Positions 23,193 to 34,259 of a DNA stretch of 34,259 nt are shown piece by piece. Origin of the DNA: Octopus bimaculoides (lineage: Eukaryota); the NCBI RefSeq assembly GCF_001194135.2, contig NC_068989.1:73034904-73069162 (forward strand), written 5' to 3'. The number at the start of each line of letters is the position of its first letter. Within the stretch, counting starts at the first letter, position 1. The notes beneath the pieces were generated by a model. That model was given only the letters and a program-made list of their open reading frames with translations, was not told the DNA's origin and ran no database searches. The position numbers and the translations under genes are program-made.

Positions 23193-23974
23193 ACGCGTGC
23201 GCGCGTTTGTGTGCATGAGTGCGTCTGTGTCCGTGCATGCGTAATTTCGCTCGTAAGAACAAAGCTTACATAGTCAGTATAAAGTATCCAATTCTTCATG
23301 AAGTAGAGCCTGTTATATATCATATTTGCTGCATAAGAGGCACTCATATTTTACAAGTACAGTTTGTAGAGAAAACCAACAAATTTACTACGTTTTATCA
23401 TATACTTATTGAAAGATATTTTAAAGTGGTTTCATGGAGGAAAATGTCTGACTGTGCTTATGAATACAATACTGGAAGAAATTATGAAATCATAAATTTA
23501 TCATAAATATGCTAAATTGTACGAGTGCCATATTTAAGCTTTATCCTAGTACAGCTGTTTATATTTTAGTCTAGGAAATTGCAAAACAGAATGTAAAACT
23601 CATATTTTTCGCTGCAACATTTTGTGTTACTGCGATCGGCAGTCAAGGTGACTCGCTACTGCTATGGTTTTGTTGTCATCCACCTTTTCAAAAGAAGTGA
23701 TAAGCGGATGAAAGTTTAACATGCTTTTAATTTTTCTAGCAGAATTTTCATCTAGATAATTTTTCAAATGCTTCTTAAAGGGAATACAGTCATTAAAAAA
23801 TAATACATGATGCATGTCAGATGTGGGTTATATATGCTGGCAAAGGTGGAATAATTAGATGATGTGACCTCTCCACAATACCACCGGCGTGCCATAAGCA
23901 ATTTGTGTTGACAGACTGTGATACTTTGGCATGTTTTCAATACTTTTTTGCTAGTAACAATTAGCCTACAGCGT

Positions 23975-24288
23975 GAAGGCACGTGGCTAAGTGATTAGGG
24001 GTATTCGGTTCGCGATCATGAGTTCGATTCCCAGCGGTACATTGTGTCCTTGAACAAGACACTTTACTTCACGTTGCACAAGTCCTTTCAGCTGGCAAAA
24101 ATGAGTTGTACCTGTAATTCAAAATGTCGCATTTTGTGTTACACTGAATCTCCCTGAGAACTATGTTAAAGGTACGCGAATCTGAGGAGTGCTCAGCCAC
24201 TTGCACGTTAGCTTCACGAGTAGGCTGTTCTGTTGATCTGATGGACTGGAGTCTTTGTCATCGTAACCGCGTAACTGACGGAGTGCCA
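23975..24288 (+). mobile_element. Family-B2 CORE-like SINE
   Basis: Colinear with 12655-12963: gagttcgattccc, ttgtgtccttgaacaagacacttt, cagctggcaaaaatgag, tgacggagtgcca. Confidence 0.88.
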
Positions 24289-26871
24289 CTGCCAGAGTCA
24301 GACGACAACATTTATTAGAGTAGCGCAAATTTTTGATACATTTAAAAATTAAAAAAAAGAGCGCCCTATTCACCGGAAAATACAGTACCTTATTTGCGAC
24401 AAGTTTCCAGTTAAAAATCGGTTCTATAGATTCACTCAAAAGGGAAACAGGGTTAACTTTGTACACTAGTCACCAAATAAGGTATATATGTATTTGTGTG
24501 TGTGTGTGTAATATGTGTGTATGTGTGTGTGTGTGTGTAATATATGTGTATGTGTGTGTGTGCATGATAAATAACATATGTCTGCGTGTTCTTTTTTTGT
24601 GCGTGTATGGGTGTGTGTAATATACGTGTGTGCATGTGTGCGTGTAATATATAACGTATATGTGAGAGTGTCTGTGTGTGCGTGTGCGCGCACATATCTA
24701 ATAGAGTTACAGATATTACTCGTATGTTAAATAAACATGCTTCTAGTTATGCTGTGAAAACAGAGACCGTGCTTAAACCAGGCTAACCAGCAACCAGGAA
24801 AACAAATTGTATCGACTAGTTTAGTTTCCGCTTCTGTAAAATCTTCTTCAGGACTCCAGCACTTTTATTTACTTACTGACAAAACGCACCGGACTAGACC
24901 CGGTCTAAATTCCATAATTCAGCAATACAGCTACGCACATTGATTAACAAGAGTATCCAACACCGTAATTTTGCGATTAAAATTACAAATTTAATCCATG
25001 ATCTTTATCTTTTGTTAATGAGAGACCTGTAGTTTAACAGCGTTGCCTATTTTTGTATCAAGGCCATATGTTCATTAAACATATGGATATAAGTATGCTA
25101 TTCAACGTTATTTTAGGTGAATGTAGGTTATGAAGCTAAATAGGTGAGTGAACACCGTACATGATTAACAATCCCTGAGTAGAACAATTTCGTTATGATT
25201 TCTAGGCAAGATTCTATTTTTTAGTACGTCTACTAAGTTTCCAGCTCTTGAACTGTCGCATATATTTAACCGATTTACTGGCAAAGAAATTCATGGAAAA
25301 TATAAACTATTAGAGGACACCTCGTGAAGACGTCTACTGAGTCTATTTCTTTCATTAAGCGTGGAATGCACAACTATGTGCGTGTGCGTGTGCTTGTTTG
25401 TATATATATATATATATATATATATNNNNNNNNNNNNNNNNNNNNNNNNNNNNNNNNNNNNNNNNNNNNNNNNNNNNNNNNNNNNNNNNNNNNNNNNNNN
25501 NNNNNNNNNNNNNNNNNNNNNNNNNNNNNNNNNNNNNNNNNNNNNNNNNNNNNNNNNNNNNNNNNNNNNNNNNNNNNNNNNNNNNNNNNNNNNNNNNNNN
25601 NNNNNNNNNNNNNNNNNNNNNNNNNNNNNNNNNNNNNNNNNNNNNNNNNNNNNNNNNNNNNNNNNNNNNNNNNNNNNNNNNNNNNNNNNNNNNNNNNNNN
25701 NNNNNNNNNNNNNNNNNNNNNNNNNNNNNNNNNNNNNNNNNNNNNNNNNNNNNNNNNNNNNNNNNNNNNNNNNNNNNNNNNNNNNNNNNNNNNNNNNNNN
25801 NNNNNNNNNNNNNNNNNNNNNNNNNNNNNNNNNNNNNNNNNNNNNNNNNNNNNNNNNNNNATATATACATATATATATATAGGCGTTGCTCTAACATGGC
25901 TGCAGTCCAGTGATCGAAACAAATAAAAGAAAAGTAAACGGCATGTAGCTATGCACATGCGCGCGCGCGCGTGTTTGGACGGGTGTATATTTGTATATTC
26001 TCGTAAATAAAGATTCAGCAGAATCTTTAGAAAAGATTACAATCACACCCAGTCTGAACGAACGAGAAACAGATGTTGCTAAATATATTCGATTTTCATC
26101 AACAGCTCCTTTTCACTCTCTTGGTTTTTCGCTCTCGAAACATTTTTTCGCTAATAGTACACTGACTGTCTGAATATCCTCCAATGACAAAAGGAAAGAA
26201 GTTCAGGTACGCGATACATTTGATCCGGTGTTAAGTTTTTCGTTACTTCTAATTGTCCAAATTCATCTATGAATTTTGTTGCAGCTTCTATGACTGCACT
26301 AGGCTTTTAGCCGTACACCGTGTTATGAAATTTCATTTCTACCTTTAAACTTGTAAAACCATCCTTGCAACTATCAAGTATCATAGTGTAGCTTCAGTTC
26401 TCTATGACAAATTTTGGTCTGCTCACTAAGCATCTCACCAGAAATGCTTACACCTTTATTACGTCAGAACTTAAATAACGCCACATTAGAAACCTATACC
26501 GACTAATTAAACACTTCTGTTTCCTTTCAAAATTTAATATTTCGTGTAAGTGTTCTAGTTTCCATTTTCATTAAAGAAATCATTAAAATACGGATCAAAC
26601 TTAAAAGTAAGTGCTACAGTTGCAATGTGTTAGATAACTTATAAGGAACTGAATAAAACTTTCGGGCGTTAATTCTATATTATTTTCACTTGCTCAACTA
26701 TATGTGTCTTAGAACTGGTTGACCAATTAATTTTATAAATGAAAGATCTATAACAAACAGTAATGGGATCAAGACAACTGCCTGATCTACTGCGTTCTTA
26801 AATTTTGGCTGTTTTGAAAGAATACCGTTTCTTGCAACGATTTGATTTCTCAACCTTAAAATGTCTTGCAG

Positions 26872-27635
26872 TCAGTACCGCGTCAAGGCTTGGGCATACA
26901 AGGCAGTTTCCTGCGGGCCATATGAGTCTACGGGTTCCAGATTTGATCAACGTAAGCTGTAGTTTATTGTTTATAAATAAATTCTATAAAGCCCACTGCA
27001 TTGATTTGCCCAGGACAGTCAACTACGACGTCCCAGCTTAGAATTATTTTCTTCGTTCTCTAGTTTCGCTGAAATAACACAATTTGAGGTATTTAACTGA
27101 GCTGCCGTTTTGTCATCTAGTTGTAATGCGCAACATCTGTGGCTGACAGGTTCTTACCAGGTCGTAAACCCGGATGAACATTACTTAGTAAGTCTTTATT
27201 CTCTATTAATGTAATACAGGGGTGCAGTAATAAAAAAAAAACACTTCTACATTTTACAGGTTTACAAATGTTTCAACGGCAGGGGAAACCTTGATAGAAA
27301 ATAAAAAGAGGAAACATTAGCTGCATCAAGACACTATTACTACCTCTCTAACTCCACTTGCTAATATGCAGTAAAACAAGAGTTGGAGGGTTTTCTGCCG
27401 CACTCTGTATTTCTTAGCAAGCCATTATTTACTGCTTATGTAATTAGTTTTCTCCGATAATTTATTCAGTGACGTTTCATATGGAACTGTAATTTTTAGC
27501 ATTATATCTTGATTCTTTGTGTATTGATAGGACCTATTTTGCCCACTTTTAGGAATTTGGAAAGCTCACTACATCCAGGACAGTTCTATAGACAAATTTG
27601 GTGCTTTTCGAGCAGACCCGTCTTTATATCTTTAG
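26872..27635 (+). CDS. Tentative three-exon fragment of unknown product (26872-26951, 27150/27161-27187, 27531-27635)
   Basis: AG acceptors, GTAAGC/GTAAGT donors and phase-compatible open frames; no recognisable homology. Confidence 0.2.
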
Positions 27636-28654
27636 AAGAACACTTGAGAAGCCATCAGAGCATGTTGCCAAGTCCACATGTATTTACCCACATCAAATGT
27701 TGTTTGGTTTTATAGGATTTAATTTATAGTTCCTTATTTCCTTTACAGACTTGAAGTGCTGAAGAGCTATTCTGACTCATTCTATTTTATACTGTGGCTA
27801 TGCGTGTAGCTAGTTGGTTATGCGCGAGAGGCTGCGAATAATTGAGACAAAAACATCATTCCAGCATTGAATATAATTTTATTTACGCCGCAACAAGTCA
27901 TACTGAGGTTGGTCACGAATTGCAACAATCTTCATAAAGAGCCAACACGACTGTGAGAAAATATTGCAACATATTTGGTTAGCTGGATATAAAAGCTTAG
28001 CACTGACGCTGGATTAAACACAGGAATGTACATACGCAACTCTTCATATCTGCAATCATATAATACATATCAGGGTGAGCATGTTGTCGTTAACACAACT
28101 ATGTAAACAGTAAAGGAGTATATGTATCGGACCGAACCACAACTTAGCACACACAGGAGCATGGCGAAAGTGAAGACGACATTCCGCCGGACATCTACAA
28201 CGCTCTGCAAATTGGCGCTTAACACAGAGTTTATTTATAGGCTTATTACTGAGAACAATCTAGAATGGTCTGGAAAAAAAAAGGAACCTATCATGTGAAG
28301 ATTGACCGCCGACTGGCTGATAACTTGGCCTCAAACGTGAACAGGGTTGAGTGATGTCGTGGCTTGAAATCCGTAATATGGCTACTCGGGTTCAAGTCTC
28401 ACTACAATACCATAAAAGTAATGATGGCACTGTTAATTACACTTCATATATAAAATGCATCGTTAATCACTGAAATCAAGATTAAAGTTAGGAGTTCATA
28501 AAATACTTAATATGGTGTTAGGTTACAAAGTTTTTCTCTAACCCGTTTTTATATCAACAATAAAAAATGCAGAAATATGGTAAAGCTTTATTATTTTTTT
28601 TAAATATTTCTTTTATCATATAACAATATACAAATATTTTATATAAAATGAGAT

Positions 28655-28800
28655 AATTCTTTCAAATTTTGGCAATAGGTCAGTAATTTTACATCGAGTT
28701 CAATATTTGTTTGGTACTTATTTTATCGGCCCCGAAAGGATGAAAACTCAAGATGACCTCAGAGGAATTTGAGCTCAGCACGTAAAGAGACAAATTCTGT
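28655..28800 (-). mobile_element. Degenerate family-A SINE (A-double-prime tail)
   Basis: tctttcaaattttggca tail; ttggtacttattttatcggccccgaaaggatgaaa; ggaatttgagctcagcacg. Confidence 0.72.
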
Positions 28801-28857
28801 CAGTTCTCCGGCTTAAGAAAAATGTAATAATAAACTAATATATATTAAATTACAGTA

Positions 28858-29050
28858 GAGCAGCGAGTTGGCAGAAACGTTAGCATGCATTTTGTCCATC
28901 TTTATGTTCTAGGTTCAAATTCCGCCGAGAGTAACTTTGTCTTTCATTTTATTTGGGTCGATAAAAAAAAAAACAATCAAGAACTGGTGTTGATGTAATC
29001 GACTTACCCCATCTCCCAAAATTACTGTCCTTTTGCCAAAACGTGAAACT
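28858..29050 (+). mobile_element. Family-A SINE (A-double-prime tail)
   Basis: gagttggcagaaacgttagcatgc head; ggttcaaattccgccgag; gatgtaatcgactta; ttttgccaaaacgtgaaa tail. Confidence 0.8.
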
Positions 29051-29142
29051 AGTGTATTAGATTGCAGTTGATTTTCTTCTCTTGTTGCAAGTATACAACA
29101 CATATACGGTTTAATAAGGGTTTTAATATATTTTGGATTCAA

Positions 29143-29353
29143 GTCGGCGATCTGGCAGAAACGGTAACACACCGAACGAACTGCTTAGCGGTATTTCGTG
29201 TCTTTACGTTCTGAGTTCAAATTCCGCCGTGGTCAGCTTTGCCTTTCATCCTTTCGGAGTCGATAAATTAAGTACCAGTTGTGTACTGCGGTCGATCTAA
29301 TCAACTGCTCCTCTTCCCTCAAAATTTCGGACGTTGTTCCTAGAGTAGAAAAG
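29143..29353 (+). mobile_element. Full-length family-A SINE with an 18-bp TSD (1 mismatch)
   Basis: aatatattttggattcaa (29125-29142) and aatatattttggactcaa (29354-29371) flank a complete SINE-A. Confidence 0.9.
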
Positions 29354-29761
29354 AATATATTTTGGACTCAAAATCGAGAGGCGTATTATACTTGATCTTT
29401 TTTACTATTCATCTAGCTTCTTTTTCTTTTCTTTTTTTTCAGTGAGGCGAGGGGCTTCAGTCAGTGAATTTCTTCCTTCAATCAATGGCCCTATTTTATA
29501 AATATACTAAATGTTTCTTTGGTAAATATGAAGAAAACTTTTAGTTACAGTTTCTTTCAACTCCGGTTTCCATTGCTGCTCTCTTATTTGGGTTAGCGCA
29601 TTTAATTTTCCGTTTGTTTTTTAAAGAGACATTCTGCTTTCTCTCTCTCTTTCTCTCTCTCCCCTCTCTTTTCTCCCTCTCTTTTCTCTCTCTCTTTCCT
29701 CGTTCGTTCTATCAATGGCTATTGCCCATTCAATTTTCTATCCATAATGCATCATAAGTGT

Positions 29762-30146
29762 GGAGGCGCAATGGCCCAATGGTTAGGGCAGCGGACTCGC
29801 GGTCATAGGATCGCGGTTTCGATTCCTAGACCGGGCGCTGTGAGTGTTTATTGAGCGAAAACACCTAAAGCTCTACGAGGCTCCGCCAGAGGATGGTGGC
29901 GAACCCTGCTGTACTCTTTCACCACAGCTTTCTCTCACTCTTACTTCCTGTTTCTGTTGTGTCTGTAATTCAAAGGGTCAGCCTTGTCACACTGTGTCAC
30001 GCTGAATATCCCCGAGAACTACATTAAGGGTACACGTGTCTGTGGAGTGCTCAGCCACTTGCCCGTTAATTTCACGAGCAGGCTGTTCCGTTGATCGGAT
30101 CAACTGGAACCCTCGATGTCGTAAGCGACGGAGTGCCAACAACAAC
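29762..30146 (+). mobile_element. Full-length family-B1 tRNA-derived SINE with (AAC)n tail
   Basis: tRNA-like head ggaggcgcaatggcccaatggttagggcagcggactcgcggtc...gtttcgattcc (Arg-like, tentative); 3' end gacggagtgccaacaacaac. May correspond to the described octopus OR-type SINEs (unverified). Confidence 0.92.
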
Positions 30147-30189
30147 AGCATCATAAGTATAATATAGAACCATTCCAAATACTTGACCT

Positions 30190-30320
30190 GTGTATTTTAA
30201 TCGACCTTTAAGATAATGAAAAGCAAAGTAGACCCAGTGAGATTTGAACGAATAAGGTAAAGAACCTTAATTAAATATTACAGACATTTTGTCCTAGGCT
30301 TAACCGCTTCTGGTAAATCA
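30190..30320 (-). mobile_element. Highly degenerate family-A SINE
   Basis: ttttaatcgacc...gaaaagcaaagtagacccagtgagatttgaac; cattttgtcc. Confidence 0.55.
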
Positions 30321-30943
30321 ACCGTTTGAATCTTTTGTTTTTCGTCTCATATCACTTATTCTGTCTTTAGAATAATAATATTTCTGTGAATTTAAGTATA
30401 ATTAATGCAAATAATTTGCATTCATTAACACACATAGCATCAATTTCATGTCATCGATTTGCATAAGGAGAAGCTTGGGGCAATTTAACTTGCAGATCGC
30501 TTTTTTTATTGATTTATAATCAGTCGTATGGAGATCCAGATCCAGATCCCATAGAGCTGGAAATGCTTTTTTATGAGACGCCGAATTCCAGTTTTCTTTC
30601 TTTCTTTCTTCCTTCCTTCCTTCCTTCCTTCCTTCCTTTATTTATTTATTTATTTATTTATTCATTTATTCTTTTACTCTTTTACTCGTTTCAGCCATGC
30701 ATCTGTGGTCATTCTTTTCTTTCATTATTTCTTTCTTTATCTTGCCTTGTATTGATCATTCTACGATGTTATGGCCAGGGAAGATTGTAAATATCGTGGT
30801 AGGCGATTTTTTATTGCATACGTACTAACTTATGTATGTAGACTCACACACACACACACACACACATACAGAGTCAGAGGCACACACATACATACAAATA
30901 CATACACACATATGTATATACATATGTATTTACGTGTTGAAAT

Positions 30944-30990
<47 letters not shown>

Positions 30991-31423
30991 NNNNNNNNNN
31001 GAGAGACAGACAGACAGACAGACAGAGACAGACAGACAGACAGAGACAGAGAGAGAGAAATAGATAGATAGAGATCTAAGTGAATTACACGTTTACGTCA
31101 TCAGATACATATACATATACACGCACATGTGTGTGAGCGTGTGTGTGCATGTGTTTTTGCATGTATGTATATATATCAGATGATATAAAACACTGACGCT
31201 CTCATGGTCATTTTCTGGCTGTAAATCTGTAAAAACATAAACCACCCACTAAACATAGGGCAGTTCAAAAACCAACACTAACACACATCTTGAAGATAGG
31301 GCTGAGATAGCTTGGAAACAATAATAGAAATGTTTTAGAAAATCTATAGAAACGCACATATATATATATATATACATGTGTGAAAGAGAGAGAGAGAGAG
31401 AGAGACAAACAGACAGACAGAGA

Positions 31424-31578
31424 GAGCTTCCACACAGTTTCCCTCTACTAAATTCACAAGACATTGCTCGGTCCGATGATATAGTAGAAGACACCTGCTC
31501 AAGGTGTCATGCTGCAATACTGAACCTGAAACAACTTGTTTGCGAAGCAATCTTTTTAAGCACACAACCATGCCTGCG
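31424..31578 (-). mobile_element. Degenerate family-C SINE
   Basis: tatagtagaagacacctgctcaaggtgtcatgc...ctgaacctg...cacacaaccatgcctgcg. Confidence 0.78.
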
Positions 31579-31585
31579 TCTATAG

Positions 31586-31587
<2 letters not shown>

Positions 31588-31667
<80 letters not shown>
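31588..31667. repeat. (CA)n microsatellite
   Basis: Direct reading. Confidence 0.97.
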
Positions 31668-31669
<2 letters not shown>

Positions 31670-32328
31670 TATGTGTATGTATTATTACTTTTCCAGTACT
31701 TCAAATTTCATGCTAAATAAAGTATTTATCAGGTGGGTATGATTCAAGCGGAGGTTTTTCTCTCTAACGACGGTTTCCTTTGAAGTTGTCGTTATCTGTG
31801 ACAGTAAGCTGTTGATTTTCGTTGAGGCATAAACATAGTTAAATGTTGGTAGAGAAAGATGTCGAATAGCAGGCTATTGTGCTTACACACTGGTATATGC
31901 ACACATGTACTACACACGTACATCTGTACATCCAAATTCAGGCAGACATCTACATTTAAACGTAAAAACACACAATTATACTTACATACAACTATCGGTG
32001 CTATTTTGGTATGCGATCGAACCGGTTAATCGAAAGAACATCCGCTAGAAAAGTAAAAAGTAGATAATTAAAATTTTTAAACATTTTATACATTTTATTA
32101 TTAAAAAGAAATTAGAATGAAGCAAATTTGAAACAAGTTTACTCATTTTATCGTTAATACATTTATCGTTAATGCCAAAGTAGCACCTATCTATCTATCT
32201 ACCTATCTATCTGCCTGCATGTTTGTCTNNNNNNNNNNNNNNNNNNNNNNNNNNNNNNNNNNNNNNNNNNNNNNNNNNNNNNNNNNNNNNNNNNNNNNNN
32301 NNNNNNNNNNNNNNNNNNNNNNNNNNNN

Positions 32329-32372
32329 TGGTTGGTAAGCAAGCTACTTACCACATAGCCACTCCTGCGCCT
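32329..32372 (-). mobile_element. Head of a family-C SINE emerging from gap
   Basis: tggttggtaagcaagctacttaccacatagccactcctgcgcc, homologous to 16139-16179. Confidence 0.8.
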
Positions 32373-32844
32373 GTATATTATGTATAATAAAGTTAACTTA
32401 ACTATTGCTTTTTCATGGAAAAGGCACCCCTTTGTAATTGACCTTAAATATGCTAAAATTTCACGCCGACTCATGTACAATAGTGTTCATTTATTTATAG
32501 ATTGTCTCGTGGCTAATTCAGTGAAATCAAAGTTTCGCTGAGAAGGTTTATTAGGGTTAAAACATGTCTGGGTTATTTTTTCTTTATTTTCCCACTGATA
32601 AACATGATATATTCATTGAGCAAATGTCATTTTTCCTTGTCACATAAGTATTTCTAATTAGAATTTCGAAACTCACAATGTTAAATATGTTAACACTATA
32701 ACTGGACTATTGTTTTACATGAGAATGGCGTCTCTAAGCAGTTCATTCTCCTGTTGATGAAAACTAAGCAATGACTAGGCATGCATGATTGTGTGTACGC
32801 TCTACCTTGTCAGCTTAATCAGTACTTAGCCGTTGTTGGTGTTT

Positions 32845-32921
32845 CGTTCAACATCCTTAAACAAACCTTATTCAGGGACCTTTTGAGCAGGATGGGCTAC
32901 TCGACCAGAAGAAAATTCTAA
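32845..32921 (+). mobile_element. Family-D fragment ending at the Tigger-like element
   Basis: ttcaacatccttaaacaaaccttattcagggaccttttgagc...gaagaaaattcta is the reverse complement of about 22095-22172. Confidence 0.78.
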
Positions 32922-32924
32922 ATA

Positions 32925-33659
32925 CAGTAATATCTTACTTTACGAGGGTCCGCTTTGTGAGACCCCGGGTTTACGAGTTTTATTTTTCAAGTACAAGATC
33001 CAAATTTTGAACGAAGTGCAAATGTTTCTATTACCATAACAAATGCTTTTGCGTGTTATCGAGAAATTTATGGAGAGCGGAAAAAAGCTTCTTCGAAGCA
33101 AACAACTCTAGACTTGTTTCTTAAAACGAAATCTACTTGTCCGTCTACGAGTGCTTGTGAATCGGCGACGCGTCTGCAAATGATGGTTTGCGTACATTTA
33201 GTGCGAGTGAAAGTGATTCAGAAAGTGATAATAATATTTATTATTATAAATGATCTTTCCGTTCTTTTTACTTTATCTAAAATATATATTTACATTCTAC
33301 TGTTGCTTTATTGCCATTTATTTACGAGTATTATAAATTTTATAGGTAAAATATTTTTCTGGGAACGAATTACGATTTATAACATTGCTACTATAGGAAA
33401 TTATTTTTCCGTTTTACGAGTTTTCACTTTAGGCACAAGGCCCGAAATTTTGGTGAGGGGCTCAGTCGATTAGATCGACCCCAGTACGCAACTGGTGCTT
33501 AATTTATCGACCCCGAAAGGATAAAAGGCAAAGTCGACATCGGCGGAATTTGCACTCAGAACATAAAGACAGACGAAATACCGTTAAGCATTTCGCCCGG
33601 CGTGCTAACGTTTCTGCCAGCTCACCGCCTTAATTAACTCGTATATCGAGGCATTACTG
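32925..33659 (+). mobile_element. Internally deleted Tigger/pogo-like DNA transposon with imperfect 22-bp TIRs and TA TSD
   Basis: TA-cagtaatatcttactttacgag ... ctcgtatatcgaggcattactg-TA (16/22 match); residual transposase C-terminus QDPNFERSANVSITITNAFACYREIYGERKKASSKQTTLDLFLK (32994-33125). Confidence 0.85.
33420..33629 (-). mobile_element. Full-length family-A SINE nested in the Tigger-like element, empty target site
   Basis: aggcacaaggcccgaaatttt tail to gcgtgctaacgtttctgccagctcaccgcc head. Confidence 0.92.
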
Positions 33660-33933
33660 TATACATATATGTATGTATAAGTGTAACTATATACAAAAGG
33701 TACGTAAGCTAGATATATGCGTTTCTGTGTTTCTACATGCGTCTATGAATATAATTATCCTGCTCAGTGTTCTGGTAAAATATGCGTCGGTATATCATAG
33801 TCCTTTGAAGTGTATCCTGTCTGTCGGTTTTTCTGTTGATTTATTTCCCTCTAATATTGCTTTCTTCTGGTAATTAACAGATATATTACCTGTACAGATG
33901 GGCATGATATATTTCGTTTAACCTTTTAATCGT

Positions 33934-34259
33934 GGAGGCGCAATGGCCCAGTGGTTAGGGCAGCGGACTCACGGTCATTGGATCGCGGTTTCGATTCCCA
34001 GACCGGGCGTTGTGAGTGTTTATTGAGCGAAAACACCTAAAGCTGTACGAGGCTCCGGCAGGGGATGGTGGCGAACCCTGCTGTACTCTTCCACCACAAC
34101 GTTTTCTCACTCTTACTTCCTGTTTCTGTTGTGCCTGTAATTCAAAGGGTCAGCTGTGTCACGCTGAATCTCCCCGAGAACTACGTTAAGGGTACACGTG
34201 TGTGTGGAGTGCTCAGCCACTTGCACGTTAATTTCACGAGCAGGCTGTTCCGTTGATCG
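33934..34259 (+). mobile_element. Family-B1 SINE, truncated by window end
   Basis: Colinear with 29762-30138. Confidence 0.92.

Larger units (their letters stand above)
507..32328. other. Eleven assembly gaps (507-677, 3718-3885, 6844-7272, 8037-8903, 10348-10593, 15325-16006, 17674-18550, 19267-19557, 25426-25860, 30991-31000, 32229-32328)
   Basis: Runs of N, most bordered by microsatellites or SINEs. Confidence 0.99.

Noticed and set aside
24877-24915. Minus-strand ATG-to-donor piece MEFRPGLVRCVLS|gtaagt
   Set aside because: Only 13 codons, with no convincing downstream exon
29762-29835. tRNA-like sequence (also 33934, 12655, 23975, 6139)
   Set aside because: These are SINE heads: no complete acceptor stem, and each continues directly into a shared SINE body
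163-32480. Long ORFs in the track containing X runs or homopolymeric amino acids (poly-E, L, T, N, HT, CV, YI)
   Set aside because: They are read through N-gaps and microsatellites, not coding sequence
1-34259. CRISPR arrays, prokaryotic operons or defence systems
   Set aside because: No repeat-spacer arrays or compact ORF clusters; the DNA is eukaryotic and the recurring repeats are dispersed SINEs

Overview
Eukaryotic, AT-rich, repeat-saturated DNA from a draft assembly: 11 N-gaps totalling about 4.3 kb, mostly bordered by microsatellites. The SINE families and microsatellite load look like an octopus/coleoid cephalopod genome (inference from repeat recognition). No intact protein-coding gene can be supported, and most ORFs in the track are microsatellite or N-gap artefacts. 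The window holds: (1) many tRNA-headed SINEs of several families, here labelled A, A-prime, A-double-prime, B1, B2 and C, plus a repeat family D; (2) dead RTE-clade and CR1/L2-type reverse-transcriptase fragments; (3) a complete 841-bp non-autonomous Helitron; (4) a Tigger/pogo-derived internally deleted DNA transposon; (5) a 1.23-kb Tx1/L1-like element carrying only an ORF1-like zinc-knuckle region, inserted with a perfect 15-bp TSD into the A-box region of a family-A SINE. The key observation is that SINE variant A-prime carries the same 3' tail as this Tx1/L1-like element (stem-loop plus AATAAA). Its one visible 3' junction (15149) abuts exactly the same position of the same SINE-A target sequence. 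This suggests a SINE-targeting, sequence-specific LINE together with a partner SINE derived from its own target.
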